This document shows, in pieces, positions 48,201 to 57,211 of a DNA stretch of 64,000 nt. Made by a program: the position numbers and the translations under genes. The DNA comes from a virus, in IMG/VR virus record IMGVR_UViG_3300046169_000109, positions 4,781-68,780 of that record; one strand, written 5' to 3'. The notes under the pieces are model-generated. The model worked only from the letters and a program-made list of their open reading frames with translations. It was not told the origin of the DNA and ran no database searches. Every line of letters begins with the position of its first letter. Position 1 is the stretch's first letter.

Positions 48201-51200
48201 GCGATTAAATACTTACCCCACTGCTCATTTGTTATGCCGTGATCTGCAAGCGCATCTTCAATAGGCTCGATAAAGCGGAGATGGGCCTGACGAACGACCT
48301 CGTCCGTTTTACCAAAGTATTGCTGCCAAAGACCTTTGACATCCAGCGCATCAAGCAAGCCCTTATCTTCAATACCCAAGTCCTTCAGTGCATTGGATAT
48401 GATCCTAGTAGATGGGCGAGCACTGTCCAAAGCAGCCGCGATGACGCCATCTTTGCTAAAGCTTTCTTTATGCTTAGCAAAATAGTTTTTTAAGTCCTGC
48501 CTGCCGGACTCCCCTAAACCAAACTTATTGGCTAGGCTTGTTAGTATCCTTGTGGCCCCGATCGAATCATCAGATATTCCAGAGGATAAAGAACTGGTGC
48601 CAGGATCCATGACTCGGACCTTGAGCTTCGGGTAGTTAGGATGTTGCTTGAGGTCTTTGGCCCATTTGTAAATTAAGTACTTCTGAGCAGGAGGCATGGG
48701 CATATCAAACGCATTCCAAAAGACTTCGTCTGTGCGGAACTCACGCATAATCTTTTCAAGAGAAAGTGCTTTGCCGTCTTTCTTAAGATTAAACAGTTTC
48801 TGATTTGTTTCAGTGCCGGATAATGCTTGGGATATTTTATCGTTTAAAGGATCTAGCGTGAAATCAGGACCTCTGAAAGATACAGGATCGTTTAATTTTA
48901 TGTCCTCGATCTTATCAATCTGCTTGGAGTCTACAGCTTCGCCACTTACACCATCACCCTTTTGAACACCTTTAAAACCGCTGTCATCAGTTTCCATATT
49001 ATCAAGAACACCTTCAGGGGCATCCTCTCTAATGAAGTCTTCGATGGAATTATCGATCGTGTTTCGCTGCAGAACATTTGTTGCATTCGAAGAGTTTTTT
49101 GATGTCTCAGTTTCATCAAACCCACGACCGTCGGCCAGACGCACGCGGCCTGCATCGTAAACCGCTTGGATAATAGGTTTAACCTGCTTAACCGCAGTAT
49201 CAATATCGGGCACTCCATTGCTCCACAATGTATTAGTCTCTGATATTTGAGTACTCTTACCACTATCTAATACAACAGTTCTACGCACCTCCTCGGATAA
49301 GTTCTTCCATCCTGACTTTTTGGGATTCTTTGAAGCTACAAAAGTTGGGTCTTCTTTAATATTAAGCAGCTTATACGCTTCCTTAATAAAATCTGCCCAT
49401 ACATATGGGACGATGCCTCCAGCAGGTCCGCCAGGGAGTTGCTTATAATTGTCACCATTAACCTCAGACGATGGCTCGTATTGAAGAGATAGAACGGCTT
49501 TCTTTAATGCATTATCTGATTTGGGATTGAACTTCTTGGTCTTGATCTGACTAAGTAAATACTCAACAAATTGAACAGGGCTTACCGAGTTGCCCGAGGA
49601 TATCCCAGAAGTAGCTTGTGCATCCATCAAAGCGACTTGTTGGCGGGCACGGCTTTCAATTTCTGGATTATCAATCAAGAACTGATCACGAGCACGAGAT
49701 TCTAAATTCTTAGGAAGTACATGACCGTTACCCTTCTTCCACAAACCTTTTACTCTTTTGACCTTCAGCTTTTTACCGTCGGGCTTTGTGATTTCATATG
49801 CGGGAATGTCCTGATACTTCTCGCTGTTAAATTCTTCAGCCAATGCTTTTTCCATGGCCTGAGACCTTTTATTTTCCAAGCTCCTAGCAATGTCCGGGCT
49901 CATCTGCTCAGAACCAGAACCTGTACCAAAAGTTGTACGACTTGGTGAAAAGTCTTCGGCTCGGGATGCAGCGAAAAGGTCGAGAACTGCGATTCCTTGG
50001 TCGGCGGACCCACGGGCAAATGATCCGTGCCCTTTACCAGATTTTACTGTTTGTGTATCAAGCTCGCCCAAGGCAAAGAATTCATACTCATCAGGAGATG
50101 CAACATCTGCACCCCACGCCTTTGCTGCTTGTGTAGTCTCCTCAGCAATCTTTTCAGAAACAACTTCTTCAAACTCAGACTTTGCTTTGTCTCTAAGATC
50201 TTCGTACTTCTTTTTTGCTTCCTCGTAGGCATCTTCAACACCTTCTATTTTTCGAAGCTCTTTAGCTATAAATAGACGGCGCTCATCCGCAGTTAATTTA
50301 TTCCAAGCTTGCAGGTCGCCAGTCCATCCAGGTTCAGATTTTGATTCATCAGGCTTCCTGCGGTTTGCAACGCCCATATCCTCGGCAATATCAGACTCCC
50401 AAATATCAGTGATCTTATCGATCGCATCCAACTTTTCTTTGTAGAATAAGAACTCTGTCAATGTCTCAGTCCACTGCTTACCACCATGGATCTTAGCGAA
50501 ATATCCACCGGTCTCTTCTCCTTGAAATGCACCGATCTCATCGTAGTCAAAGTACAAGGCTGCGAGTTTTTGCCTAAGACCAGGTATCCGTGCTCCTTTT
50601 ACATCTTTGCCGGGCTTTATTGCACCGGTTGTTTCGAGCTCGTCGTCGTATCCATTAAGCATGCGCTCTATACGGGCACGCTCCTTTGGATCATCCGTTT
50701 TTTCTAGAAGCTGCTCATATTCGGCAATGTCCTTAGCAATCTCAGATGCTCGTAATTCTAAAATCTGGTGGTACCTTTGCTGCTTAGATCCCCGAAAATC
50801 ACGATCGTCCAATATCTCAAGCCCGCGACCGGTAGCCAATTCATAGACTGCCATTTCAGAAAGCATAACTCGGTCGATGTCTCCATTTACCAAATCGCGA
50901 TAATTTTTACCTGCTTTCTTATCCATCTCCCGCAATCTGAAGAGCATCATACTTGCAATAGGTGTACCCTTTTCAGACTGGAAAAATAGTCGGTCCTTGT
51001 CCGTATATCGGTTGGTTCCTACACCCTCCGGCATAGCGACTGATGCACGCACAGCATCAAGCATATTGACATATTCCTGAACTGTTTTGCCACCGAACCA
51101 ACTCAGCTTGTCCGTAAGCTTCCTACCATTTATAAACGGATTGAATGCCTGGGTTTTATCGATGCCTGAGCCAAGGGCGGTTGGGTCCTGTTGGTCTGAT

Positions 51201-54200
51201 TGGGATTCAACAAAGGAATCCATTGCATTTAAAGACTCTTCAAGAAGCGTGCGACCTTTTGAGTCAAAATTTAAAATGCTCGATATAGCATCTAGAATTT
51301 CAGAAAATAATGACTTATTACTTCCAGAATCTGATTCTACTTTGGTTAAAAAGTTCTGCAGCTCTTTATCAGTGTAAAGCATAGCCAAAAACTCATCAAA
51401 CCGAGTTAGGTAGTTTGGTATTTGTTTTTCTGTAATAGGGTTACCGAAGGAATCTTGCTTTGGTCTGATTGATTTATCTGACATCCACCCTGCTCTGGCT
51501 TTTTTCCAAGCGTCATACAGCTTCTGCATGTTTTTATCTGAGAAGGTAACCGTACTGCCTTTGCGTATGTAATTAGTAGACTCTGGTACCGTTATCGCAT
51601 GCATAAGCTCGTGCAATAATGTTAAACCTGTTCCACCTGGGTATATAACAACCCCTCCTATTTCAGCATCTTTTTTGTAAAAATATGTGCCGCGGTCTTT
51701 AGAATTTGAGTCGTTAATAAAACCTACTCTTAAATTTTTAATTTTATTAGACTTCTTAAGTCTTGAAGCTAATGCTTTTTCAAGCTCACTACCTGTGTTT
51801 ATTAGGATGTCTAAAGCATCCCCAGAAGATATACCACCCTGCGCTTTTTGTTTTGTACCATCATACTTTGACACCTCTGACCGGCTCTTAATAAGAGCTT
51901 TTTCTTTCAAAGATGAAACAGGGTCTGCAGAAATGACATTACCGTCCTTGCCCTGGATCTCGTCTATTTGAGCGGTTTCGGGCTCTGGCGATTTCTCCGA
52001 ATCCTCTGTTTTCGCCTTAGCCTTAGCCTTAGCCTTAGCCTTAGCCTTAGCCTTGGGCTGAGTATTAGAACCCTCCCACAGTCTCCAGTTTGTATATTTG
52101 AATAGATAAGACTGGCTGTCGGATACACCACCAACTTCTTCCCACCTACCTTTTTTCTTATGCCAAATAGCTGTGTCTCTTCCGCTACTAGCCAGCTGGC
52201 CAAGTGTGTACTTCTCAAAATTCTCGGTTTTGAAACCACCATTTTCTTTTGTCGGAGCTCTTCCGGGGCCAACATATTTGTAATAGTTGAAATGCGGGAC
52301 ATCCTTCCAATCGATTGTTGTTTTCTCTGGCTCGATCGCATGCAGATATTGCTTGAGCATCTTGAGCTTTTTATTGATGTCTGCTAGCTCAGCCTTCTGC
52401 TCTTTTGTAAGCTCAGTCTTTTTGGGCTCTTCCTTTGTTGCTTCGGGCTTGGCTTTAGTCTCCTCCTGCTTGGCCGGCGCCGGCGCCTTCGTCTTGGCTG
52501 GTGCTTTTGTCTTGGCCGATTGCTTGGGCGCTCCTTGATTAAGGTTTTGCTTATACTGAATAAACTTTGGGTTTAAGCCCTTCTCCTTTTCCGCAACCGC
52601 TTTTGCTGCTTTATACTCTTTAGCTAGATACTTGTGGTACTTGTCGTTATACCGCTGAATGTAGTCACCCTCTTTTTTATCTTTTGAACCTTTTGCACTT
52701 CGTTCAGCAGATTTTTTCGGTCCGAATTTAGAACCGTCCCACTCGCGATATTGTACTTTGTTACCAAAGCGGTTAATTACTACTACGATCTTGTGGGAAT
52801 ATTTGTAGTCTTTAGCTTGCTTAGCTCCAAGAGCTGTCGGGTTGAGAATAGCTTCTTTCGATCTTTCAAGCTCAGCAATACGGGTACTTATCGCCCCGGT
52901 TGCAAATTCTACACGCTGTTCATATTCAACAAATGCTTGGCGTACCATCTCAGCACTGGCGGCTTTTAAGCTGGATACATCAGCTAATCCAACACCAGCA
53001 AGAGCACTCGAAAAGATAGCGCTGTCCTGCAATGCATTGAGATCCATGATCTCAGCAATGATCTGGCCATAGGAAATATCCCCTTCCTGACCATTGGTCT
53101 CCTCTAAAAGTTTTTTCTTCGCTTCTTCAGCACGCTTCTCAAAAGCTTTCTGATCGAGCACAAGCTTGCTCATAGCAGTAACTTTTTCAGATACTGTCTT
53201 TAGCTTTTCACGCTCAGCAGCATAGAATTCTTTTTGTGCTTTCTCAGCAGCTTCTCGGGTATCAAATTTTTGGGCTGGGCCACTGCGACGAGTACCAGGA
53301 AGTCGAGTGGTTAAAGAAAACTTTCCACTACTCTCTTTGATGTTTGCAGAGGGTAAAAGATTCTGAACCTCGTTAATACTAGATATAACACGATCTTCCT
53401 GAGATACTACCGCTTCGCCACGCTTTGCACGGTTAGTAATTTCGCGAGCGACACCCTCAGGAGAATCATCTTTAACAGGTTTTTCTTTAGGCAGATTTTG
53501 TGCGCGGGTAGCTTCTTTCTTAGCGCTAGCTAATTGCTCCCTACTTGATTTTGCCCTTTTGCGACTCTCAACAACCTTCTTACCAATTCTCTTTCTTTCG
53601 ACACGGTCCTTCGATGTTTTAAATTGTTTCTCAACACTAGAAAGTTCGCTCTCTACCTCTTTTAAATTTTCTTTTGCCGACGCGACCCGTTTATCTTTAT
53701 CTAAGATATCGACGACATTTTCGGTCTTTGTTTCGCTCTCTTTATTTAAAAGCTGCTCAGCACCACGCTCAGCATCTTTGCCTTTCAGAGTTTTATAAAC
53801 CTCACCGGTGGCAACATCATCCCCAAGACTTACCCGGTTAGCTACGATGTTTTCTTGGACATTACCGAGCTCAGTATCAGTATAAGCAGACATCTCGGTA
53901 GGTAAGAGCTTTTTACCCAGAATCTTGTTTACTCCTTCAGCAATCTTCTTTGCTTGGGCCTCACCTTGAACACCTTTAATTACTGCAATTTTACGCATTA
54001 AGGAGTTCAATGCTTCCTCATCACCCATTTGCTGAATAGGTGTCTCTTTAGCAAAGAACTCCTGAGCCATGCCCGGGCGTTCATGATAGTATTGACCAAA
54101 GCTGGGCCCGGTATCTTTTGAGAAACCGTTGGGCGTAAAACCCATTTTACCAAGGATCAATTGATTAAGATCAAACTGTTGCTCTTTTGATCCGCCAGTT

Positions 54201-57196
54201 GATTCACCACCGGTAAAGCGCTCGATCGATGGGTGGATAACTTTAGTTAAAAAGTTTTGATACTCAGTTTTAACCGCAGAATCAACATTGCGACCAGCAA
54301 GAAGACTAGCCCATTGATAAGAAAACCACTCTTCCGCGCGTACCATAGGAGTCATACGCTTAGCATTCCAAGCACGATCAACCTGTGATTTTTGAGACTC
54401 ATCAAGCTGGCTGTACTTAGCGTCAGGTACTTTTAATGTGTATTGAGAAAATGCATCTTTTTGAGCATCTACACCGACAGCTTCATAGATCTCCATAAGC
54501 TGATCCTGAGAAATCATCAGCTCGCGAGCAAGGTGACCAGCTTCGTGTAAAAATACACCTAATGGATCTTGGCCAATTTTATTGCGGTTTAAATAGATCG
54601 CATAAGTACCGGTTTCATTATCCTTATGGAAAGATCCTTCCATCTCTTTATCCGCAAATGGTGTGCGGTCAGCAACGACGAGTTTTAATTTACTCATCAC
54701 TTCAGGATTCAATGCATAGAACCGAGACATTAAATCGGTAAGGACTGCGGTTGCATTCTTCTTATCCTCCGCATTGGCATAGTTGCCCTCATTGATGACA
54801 TGAGCGGCTGCACCCTGTGCATTTTTGTATGAGCTAAACTGGTTCCTAAAACCTGCGAGGTTTACAACACCGGTCTGTCCAGACTCTGTGTTTTTTACCT
54901 CCTCATAGTCAAAAGGTGTGTTGCTTACATCAATCTTAGTCGTCGGAGATACTTGATAGGCAGCACCCGCTAAACCTGGCCCGAGACCGATGATACCTTC
55001 AGCAGCAATAGCATTGGTATCCCACGCTTCGCCAGGTTCTTTACTCCACGCCTGACCAACAAATTCACCAGCCATACCAAGGGTAGCATCGGCCGCGATA
55101 TCAGCAGCGGCATTACCCGCACGCTGGAATTTTGTAAATTTAGGAGCTGTAGCTTGAGACCTTTTCCATGCAGCTGCATCTAGGAGCTTTCCTCCCTTGA
55201 TCGAGCCTCCGACATGATTCATAGCGCCTGATATGCGACCACCAAGCATACCTGACATAGCATCAAATAATGCAATAGGTACGCCCTTCTTAAGAGCACG
55301 GTCTTTTATCTTTTCCCGAACGGATTCATTATTCCATGCAGCTGCAAAGACCTTCGGGTTTTGCCAATCAACACCCAGCTTTTGCATGCCTTCTAATACC
55401 ATACCGGAATATTCAAGGACTAAGGATGCAACACCCCAATTCAATCGAGCAGCAACACCGGCAGATCCTAACGCTCCGCCAGGAATAGGAGTAAGCGCTC
55501 CTGCGACGGCTGCGGTAGTGATTGTCTTAGCACCCGTTCTTAAATACGCGGGGAGGAAAGATGCCATAGACTCCGTAAATAGCTCAGGAATAGCACCGGT
55601 ATTTTCAAATAATAAATTACTTATCGAATCCCAAAGACCTTTGGATTGATAGGATTGAAACTTTTGAGATGCAGAACCCACAGGAATCTCTCCAAACTCC
55701 GAAGCGGCCTGTATGAATTTTTCAATGTCCGATTGATCAGCAGCATTAAGGAAAAAGTCGCTCGCGTATTTACTCATTTCATTGAGTTTGAGACCGCGAT
55801 CTACACTGTCTCCCATGCGTGCGAAAAAGCCCTTCTTTTCATTCTGCTCAACAAGCTCGTCAGTAAGTCCAAACTCTGCAGCTAACCCAAGAGATTTAGT
55901 AAAGACTGCCTGAGCCTCATCCATCTTCTTCTTAAGAGCTGGGTCCTGATTACCAGCAAGCCATTTAATCTGTTCATTTTCGTAATTTAAATAAGCTCCA
56001 CGGGTAGCCTCTAAAATTTTAGCAACTTGCAAGCGCTCATCACCACCAAGTGCGAGAAAGGCTTGCTCGATAGGTACACCTCGATATTCCTCGATACCCA
56101 TCTTTTTCATTTCACCGATATCGAGCAAATCGACATCGCTACGGCTCATGCCTATAGGTCGGCCATCGAGCAATCCAGATTGTGAAAATAATATACCTTT
56201 GTCCCGAAGCTTGCGTTCTTTGGCGATATGCTCGCGACGAGACAATATGCCCTGCGTATCTCCGCGCATGGCTGCAGATAATCTTTCGGACTGACGCTTT
56301 TGATTACTACCGCTTAAATTATCAATCGGTACACTTGTTCGTGGATCAGTCTTATCCAAATTGGATAATCCAAACCCGCTGTACATAGGTTCCTCAAAAT
56401 CAAAACTGTCTAAGTAAGCATTTAAATCTTTATTCTTACCTGTAGACTTGCGACCTGATTTTGCGGCTTTTGACAATCGGCCCTGTGGAGTATTACCTCT
56501 GGCCTTAAGCTCTTCATCGAGTACTTGTTTCGCAGGTAATGGGATGTTAGTTAGCTGCTCAAGCCGTTTAATTTTATCGTTCTTATATGTATCCGCTATA
56601 CCCGTATAATGGTCACGCTCTGACCTAAACCTGCGATACTGATCACGCAGACCGTTAGGGCTGCTCCATACCTGAAAACCTTTTAGAGTTTCTCCAGCCC
56701 TAATCTTTTCATCAGATGCTCCGAGCCATCCATCTTCTTGCTGGCTAGTAGCCAAAAGATTTTGTTCCATCTCATCAAGTGCAGAGATAAAACCTTCGTC
56801 ATCATCAAAGTCTCCAAACCCTCCAACACTTTCAAAAAATGGTTTGAGCTTATTGCTCATGAAATCGTCGTAATTCGACTTTCTCTTGCTAGCTATTTGA
56901 TTAGCTGAGCTAGCATAGCTGTTTATATATTTATAATCCTCTTTTGCTTTGTCATATGTATCAAGCTCATCATCTGAGAATACATTAAAACTCTGCTGAG
57001 CAGGTGTCTGCTGAGGCTGTTCGTAATATTGAGGCTGAGCAAAAGTCTGTGGGTCTTGCTGAATCGGACCACCAAAAGGCTGGTAAGGCTTTGGGCTAGG
57101 TTTACTTAAGAACTTACTAAGTCCAAATGAATCGTCGTTTCCTTCGGGCTTATAATCGTCTGCTCCGAGATCAAGACCTGGAAAATTATCAGGCAT
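45275..57196 (-). CDS. giant ejection-type polyvalent protein with LPD38-like C-terminus
   Basis: 3973 aa; hydrophobic Gly/Ala segments, HEAGH and HELMH, NP.F...NF.RD, TVDFN..G, IPL..G. Confidence 0.75.
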   Translation of the reverse strand: MPDNFPGLDLGADDYKPEGNDDSFGLSKFLSKPSPKPYQPFGGPIQQDPQTFAQPQYYEQPQQTPAQQSFNVFSDDELDTYDKAKEDYKYINSYASSANQIASKRKSNYDDFMSNKLKPFFESVGGFGDFDDDEGFISALDEMEQNLLATSQQEDGWLGASDEKIRAGETLKGFQVWSSPNGLRDQYRRFRSERDHYTGIADTYKNDKIKRLEQLTNIPLPAKQVLDEELKARGNTPQGRLSKAAKSGRKSTGKNKDLNAYLDSFDFEEPMYSGFGLSNLDKTDPRTSVPIDNLSGSNQKRQSERLSAAMRGDTQGILSRREHIAKERKLRDKGILFSQSGLLDGRPIGMSRSDVDLLDIGEMKKMGIEEYRGVPIEQAFLALGGDERLQVAKILEATRGAYLNYENEQIKWLAGNQDPALKKKMDEAQAVFTKSLGLAAEFGLTDELVEQNEKKGFFARMGDSVDRGLKLNEMSKYASDFFLNAADQSDIEKFIQAASEFGEIPVGSASQKFQSYQSKGLWDSISNLLFENTGAIPELFTESMASFLPAYLRTGAKTITTAAVAGALTPIPGGALGSAGVAARLNWGVASLVLEYSGMVLEGMQKLGVDWQNPKVFAAAWNNESVREKIKDRALKKGVPIALFDAMSGMLGGRISGAMNHVGGSIKGGKLLDAAAWKRSQATAPKFTKFQRAGNAAADIAADATLGMAGEFVGQAWSKEPGEAWDTNAIAAEGIIGLGPGLAGAAYQVSPTTKIDVSNTPFDYEEVKNTESGQTGVVNLAGFRNQFSSYKNAQGAAAHVINEGNYANAEDKKNATAVLTDLMSRFYALNPEVMSKLKLVVADRTPFADKEMEGSFHKDNETGTYAIYLNRNKIGQDPLGVFLHEAGHLARELMISQDQLMEIYEAVGVDAQKDAFSQYTLKVPDAKYSQLDESQKSQVDRAWNAKRMTPMVRAEEWFSYQWASLLAGRNVDSAVKTEYQNFLTKVIHPSIERFTGGESTGGSKEQQFDLNQLILGKMGFTPNGFSKDTGPSFGQYYHERPGMAQEFFAKETPIQQMGDEEALNSLMRKIAVIKGVQGEAQAKKIAEGVNKILGKKLLPTEMSAYTDTELGNVQENIVANRVSLGDDVATGEVYKTLKGKDAERGAEQLLNKESETKTENVVDILDKDKRVASAKENLKEVESELSSVEKQFKTSKDRVERKRIGKKVVESRKRAKSSREQLASAKKEATRAQNLPKEKPVKDDSPEGVAREITNRAKRGEAVVSQEDRVISSINEVQNLLPSANIKESSGKFSLTTRLPGTRRSGPAQKFDTREAAEKAQKEFYAAEREKLKTVSEKVTAMSKLVLDQKAFEKRAEEAKKKLLEETNGQEGDISYGQIIAEIMDLNALQDSAIFSSALAGVGLADVSSLKAASAEMVRQAFVEYEQRVEFATGAISTRIAELERSKEAILNPTALGAKQAKDYKYSHKIVVVINRFGNKVQYREWDGSKFGPKKSAERSAKGSKDKKEGDYIQRYNDKYHKYLAKEYKAAKAVAEKEKGLNPKFIQYKQNLNQGAPKQSAKTKAPAKTKAPAPAKQEETKAKPEATKEEPKKTELTKEQKAELADINKKLKMLKQYLHAIEPEKTTIDWKDVPHFNYYKYVGPGRAPTKENGGFKTENFEKYTLGQLASSGRDTAIWHKKKGRWEEVGGVSDSQSYLFKYTNWRLWEGSNTQPKAKAKAKAKAKAKAKTEDSEKSPEPETAQIDEIQGKDGNVISADPVSSLKEKALIKSRSEVSKYDGTKQKAQGGISSGDALDILINTGSELEKALASRLKKSNKIKNLRVGFINDSNSKDRGTYFYKKDAEIGGVVIYPGGTGLTLLHELMHAITVPESTNYIRKGSTVTFSDKNMQKLYDAWKKARAGWMSDKSIRPKQDSFGNPITEKQIPNYLTRFDEFLAMLYTDKELQNFLTKVESDSGSNKSLFSEILDAISSILNFDSKGRTLLEESLNAMDSFVESQSDQQDPTALGSGIDKTQAFNPFINGRKLTDKLSWFGGKTVQEYVNMLDAVRASVAMPEGVGTNRYTDKDRLFFQSEKGTPIASMMLFRLREMDKKAGKNYRDLVNGDIDRVMLSEMAVYELATGRGLEILDDRDFRGSKQQRYHQILELRASEIAKDIAEYEQLLEKTDDPKERARIERMLNGYDDELETTGAIKPGKDVKGARIPGLRQKLAALYFDYDEIGAFQGEETGGYFAKIHGGKQWTETLTEFLFYKEKLDAIDKITDIWESDIAEDMGVANRRKPDESKSEPGWTGDLQAWNKLTADERRLFIAKELRKIEGVEDAYEEAKKKYEDLRDKAKSEFEEVVSEKIAEETTQAAKAWGADVASPDEYEFFALGELDTQTVKSGKGHGSFARGSADQGIAVLDLFAASRAEDFSPSRTTFGTGSGSEQMSPDIARSLENKRSQAMEKALAEEFNSEKYQDIPAYEITKPDGKKLKVKRVKGLWKKGNGHVLPKNLESRARDQFLIDNPEIESRARQQVALMDAQATSGISSGNSVSPVQFVEYLLSQIKTKKFNPKSDNALKKAVLSLQYEPSSEVNGDNYKQLPGGPAGGIVPYVWADFIKEAYKLLNIKEDPTFVASKNPKKSGWKNLSEEVRRTVVLDSGKSTQISETNTLWSNGVPDIDTAVKQVKPIIQAVYDAGRVRLADGRGFDETETSKNSSNATNVLQRNTIDNSIEDFIREDAPEGVLDNMETDDSGFKGVQKGDGVSGEAVDSKQIDKIEDIKLNDPVSFRGPDFTLDPLNDKISQALSGTETNQKLFNLKKDGKALSLEKIMREFRTDEVFWNAFDMPMPPAQKYLIYKWAKDLKQHPNYPKLKVRVMDPGTSSLSSGISDDSIGATRILTSLANKFGLGESGRQDLKNYFAKHKESFSKDGVIAAALDSARPSTRIISNALKDLGIEDKGLLDALDVKGLWQQYFGKTDEVVRQAHLRFIEPIEDALADHGITNEQWGKYLIARAAPSRNDHIKKLYLEYLKDAKDEHKEAIQEMIDKNGDRMSGVSTELAIEVVQTMEKDKNFLAFLKDERNPLQKFYEFNREGLRHRSANGLMKNDQDGGINEELAMVTASSSFDWKKQGGSAFMYQFNGADNAYSYAPMQGFEGETQTLFDNERAYEIGGKSSTAAGRAWDMPKHKFLFKGSFGRLGENAVAPDPKMVFPVAQSQYYEGAILGQKNTVSNAFGTAFEILRTVAYHGKEVVGDSLPLLDLNSIPGGKDILNKIEKDPTIIEAARELFEGKDAVFKKEFRRVDVKKHYEIKTEKLVVGDQKIDGLVMARREINREFQNNPLVFTYRKNGEPFYIEMQNNERGMRFASSVKNLRYETLPKFLSGVNAVTRFMASMFTSKNPAFLIPNFFRDLQTAYIHLTEDDKKEFAKNVFSYKRLKGFMGGILNVEQRKARGEATLLDDFPTDRKEANEYAKKILANKDYEKMYQFAVQAGAKVGYFRNKPVTEMIEDLQKMQKKGKKNKKSERNMLRHAVDTFDSINTAVENTVRMSAFWSAIENGRTVHEAANISRNVTVDFNQKGTMTQTFGAFFVFFGASMNSMDRMIQTFHKRGLKGSRNLIGGIVLASMLVNLFNRLIDDDEDEDEPGYDRISSYRRDTTALISMPGKENTGYVGIPLALGYNMFWTMGQTAMDVFAKYAMGRGGSGPMDFISRNMAATLNSFNPVGGAGLGTAFIPTPVKPFYELSANKNFMDAPIRMEDRPFEAPKPAHMMDPKRTQEHWNALSKSINEFMGGSDQVKGSFSGIFGADPLKSLDDSDMKWDISGSQIEHLLLGYSGGPGQILNAAFGGLLWPGLPGTSEDYGKFDANKMPITNRFYRSSTSNASTKNTYYQIRTANKTAERAVKAAKVAGPKEYAYTQQEMKDLLTLSSSVKYADALKSKIRAQKSKIESSKAFTQDQKLQRIADLEKKEHAAYVAVIKKAQALGIS
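52014..52054. repeat. (GCCTTA)n in-frame microsatellite (poly-AK)
   Basis: About 7 copies. Confidence 0.9.
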
Positions 57197-57211
57197 GTCA
57201 AAAGACTCAGG

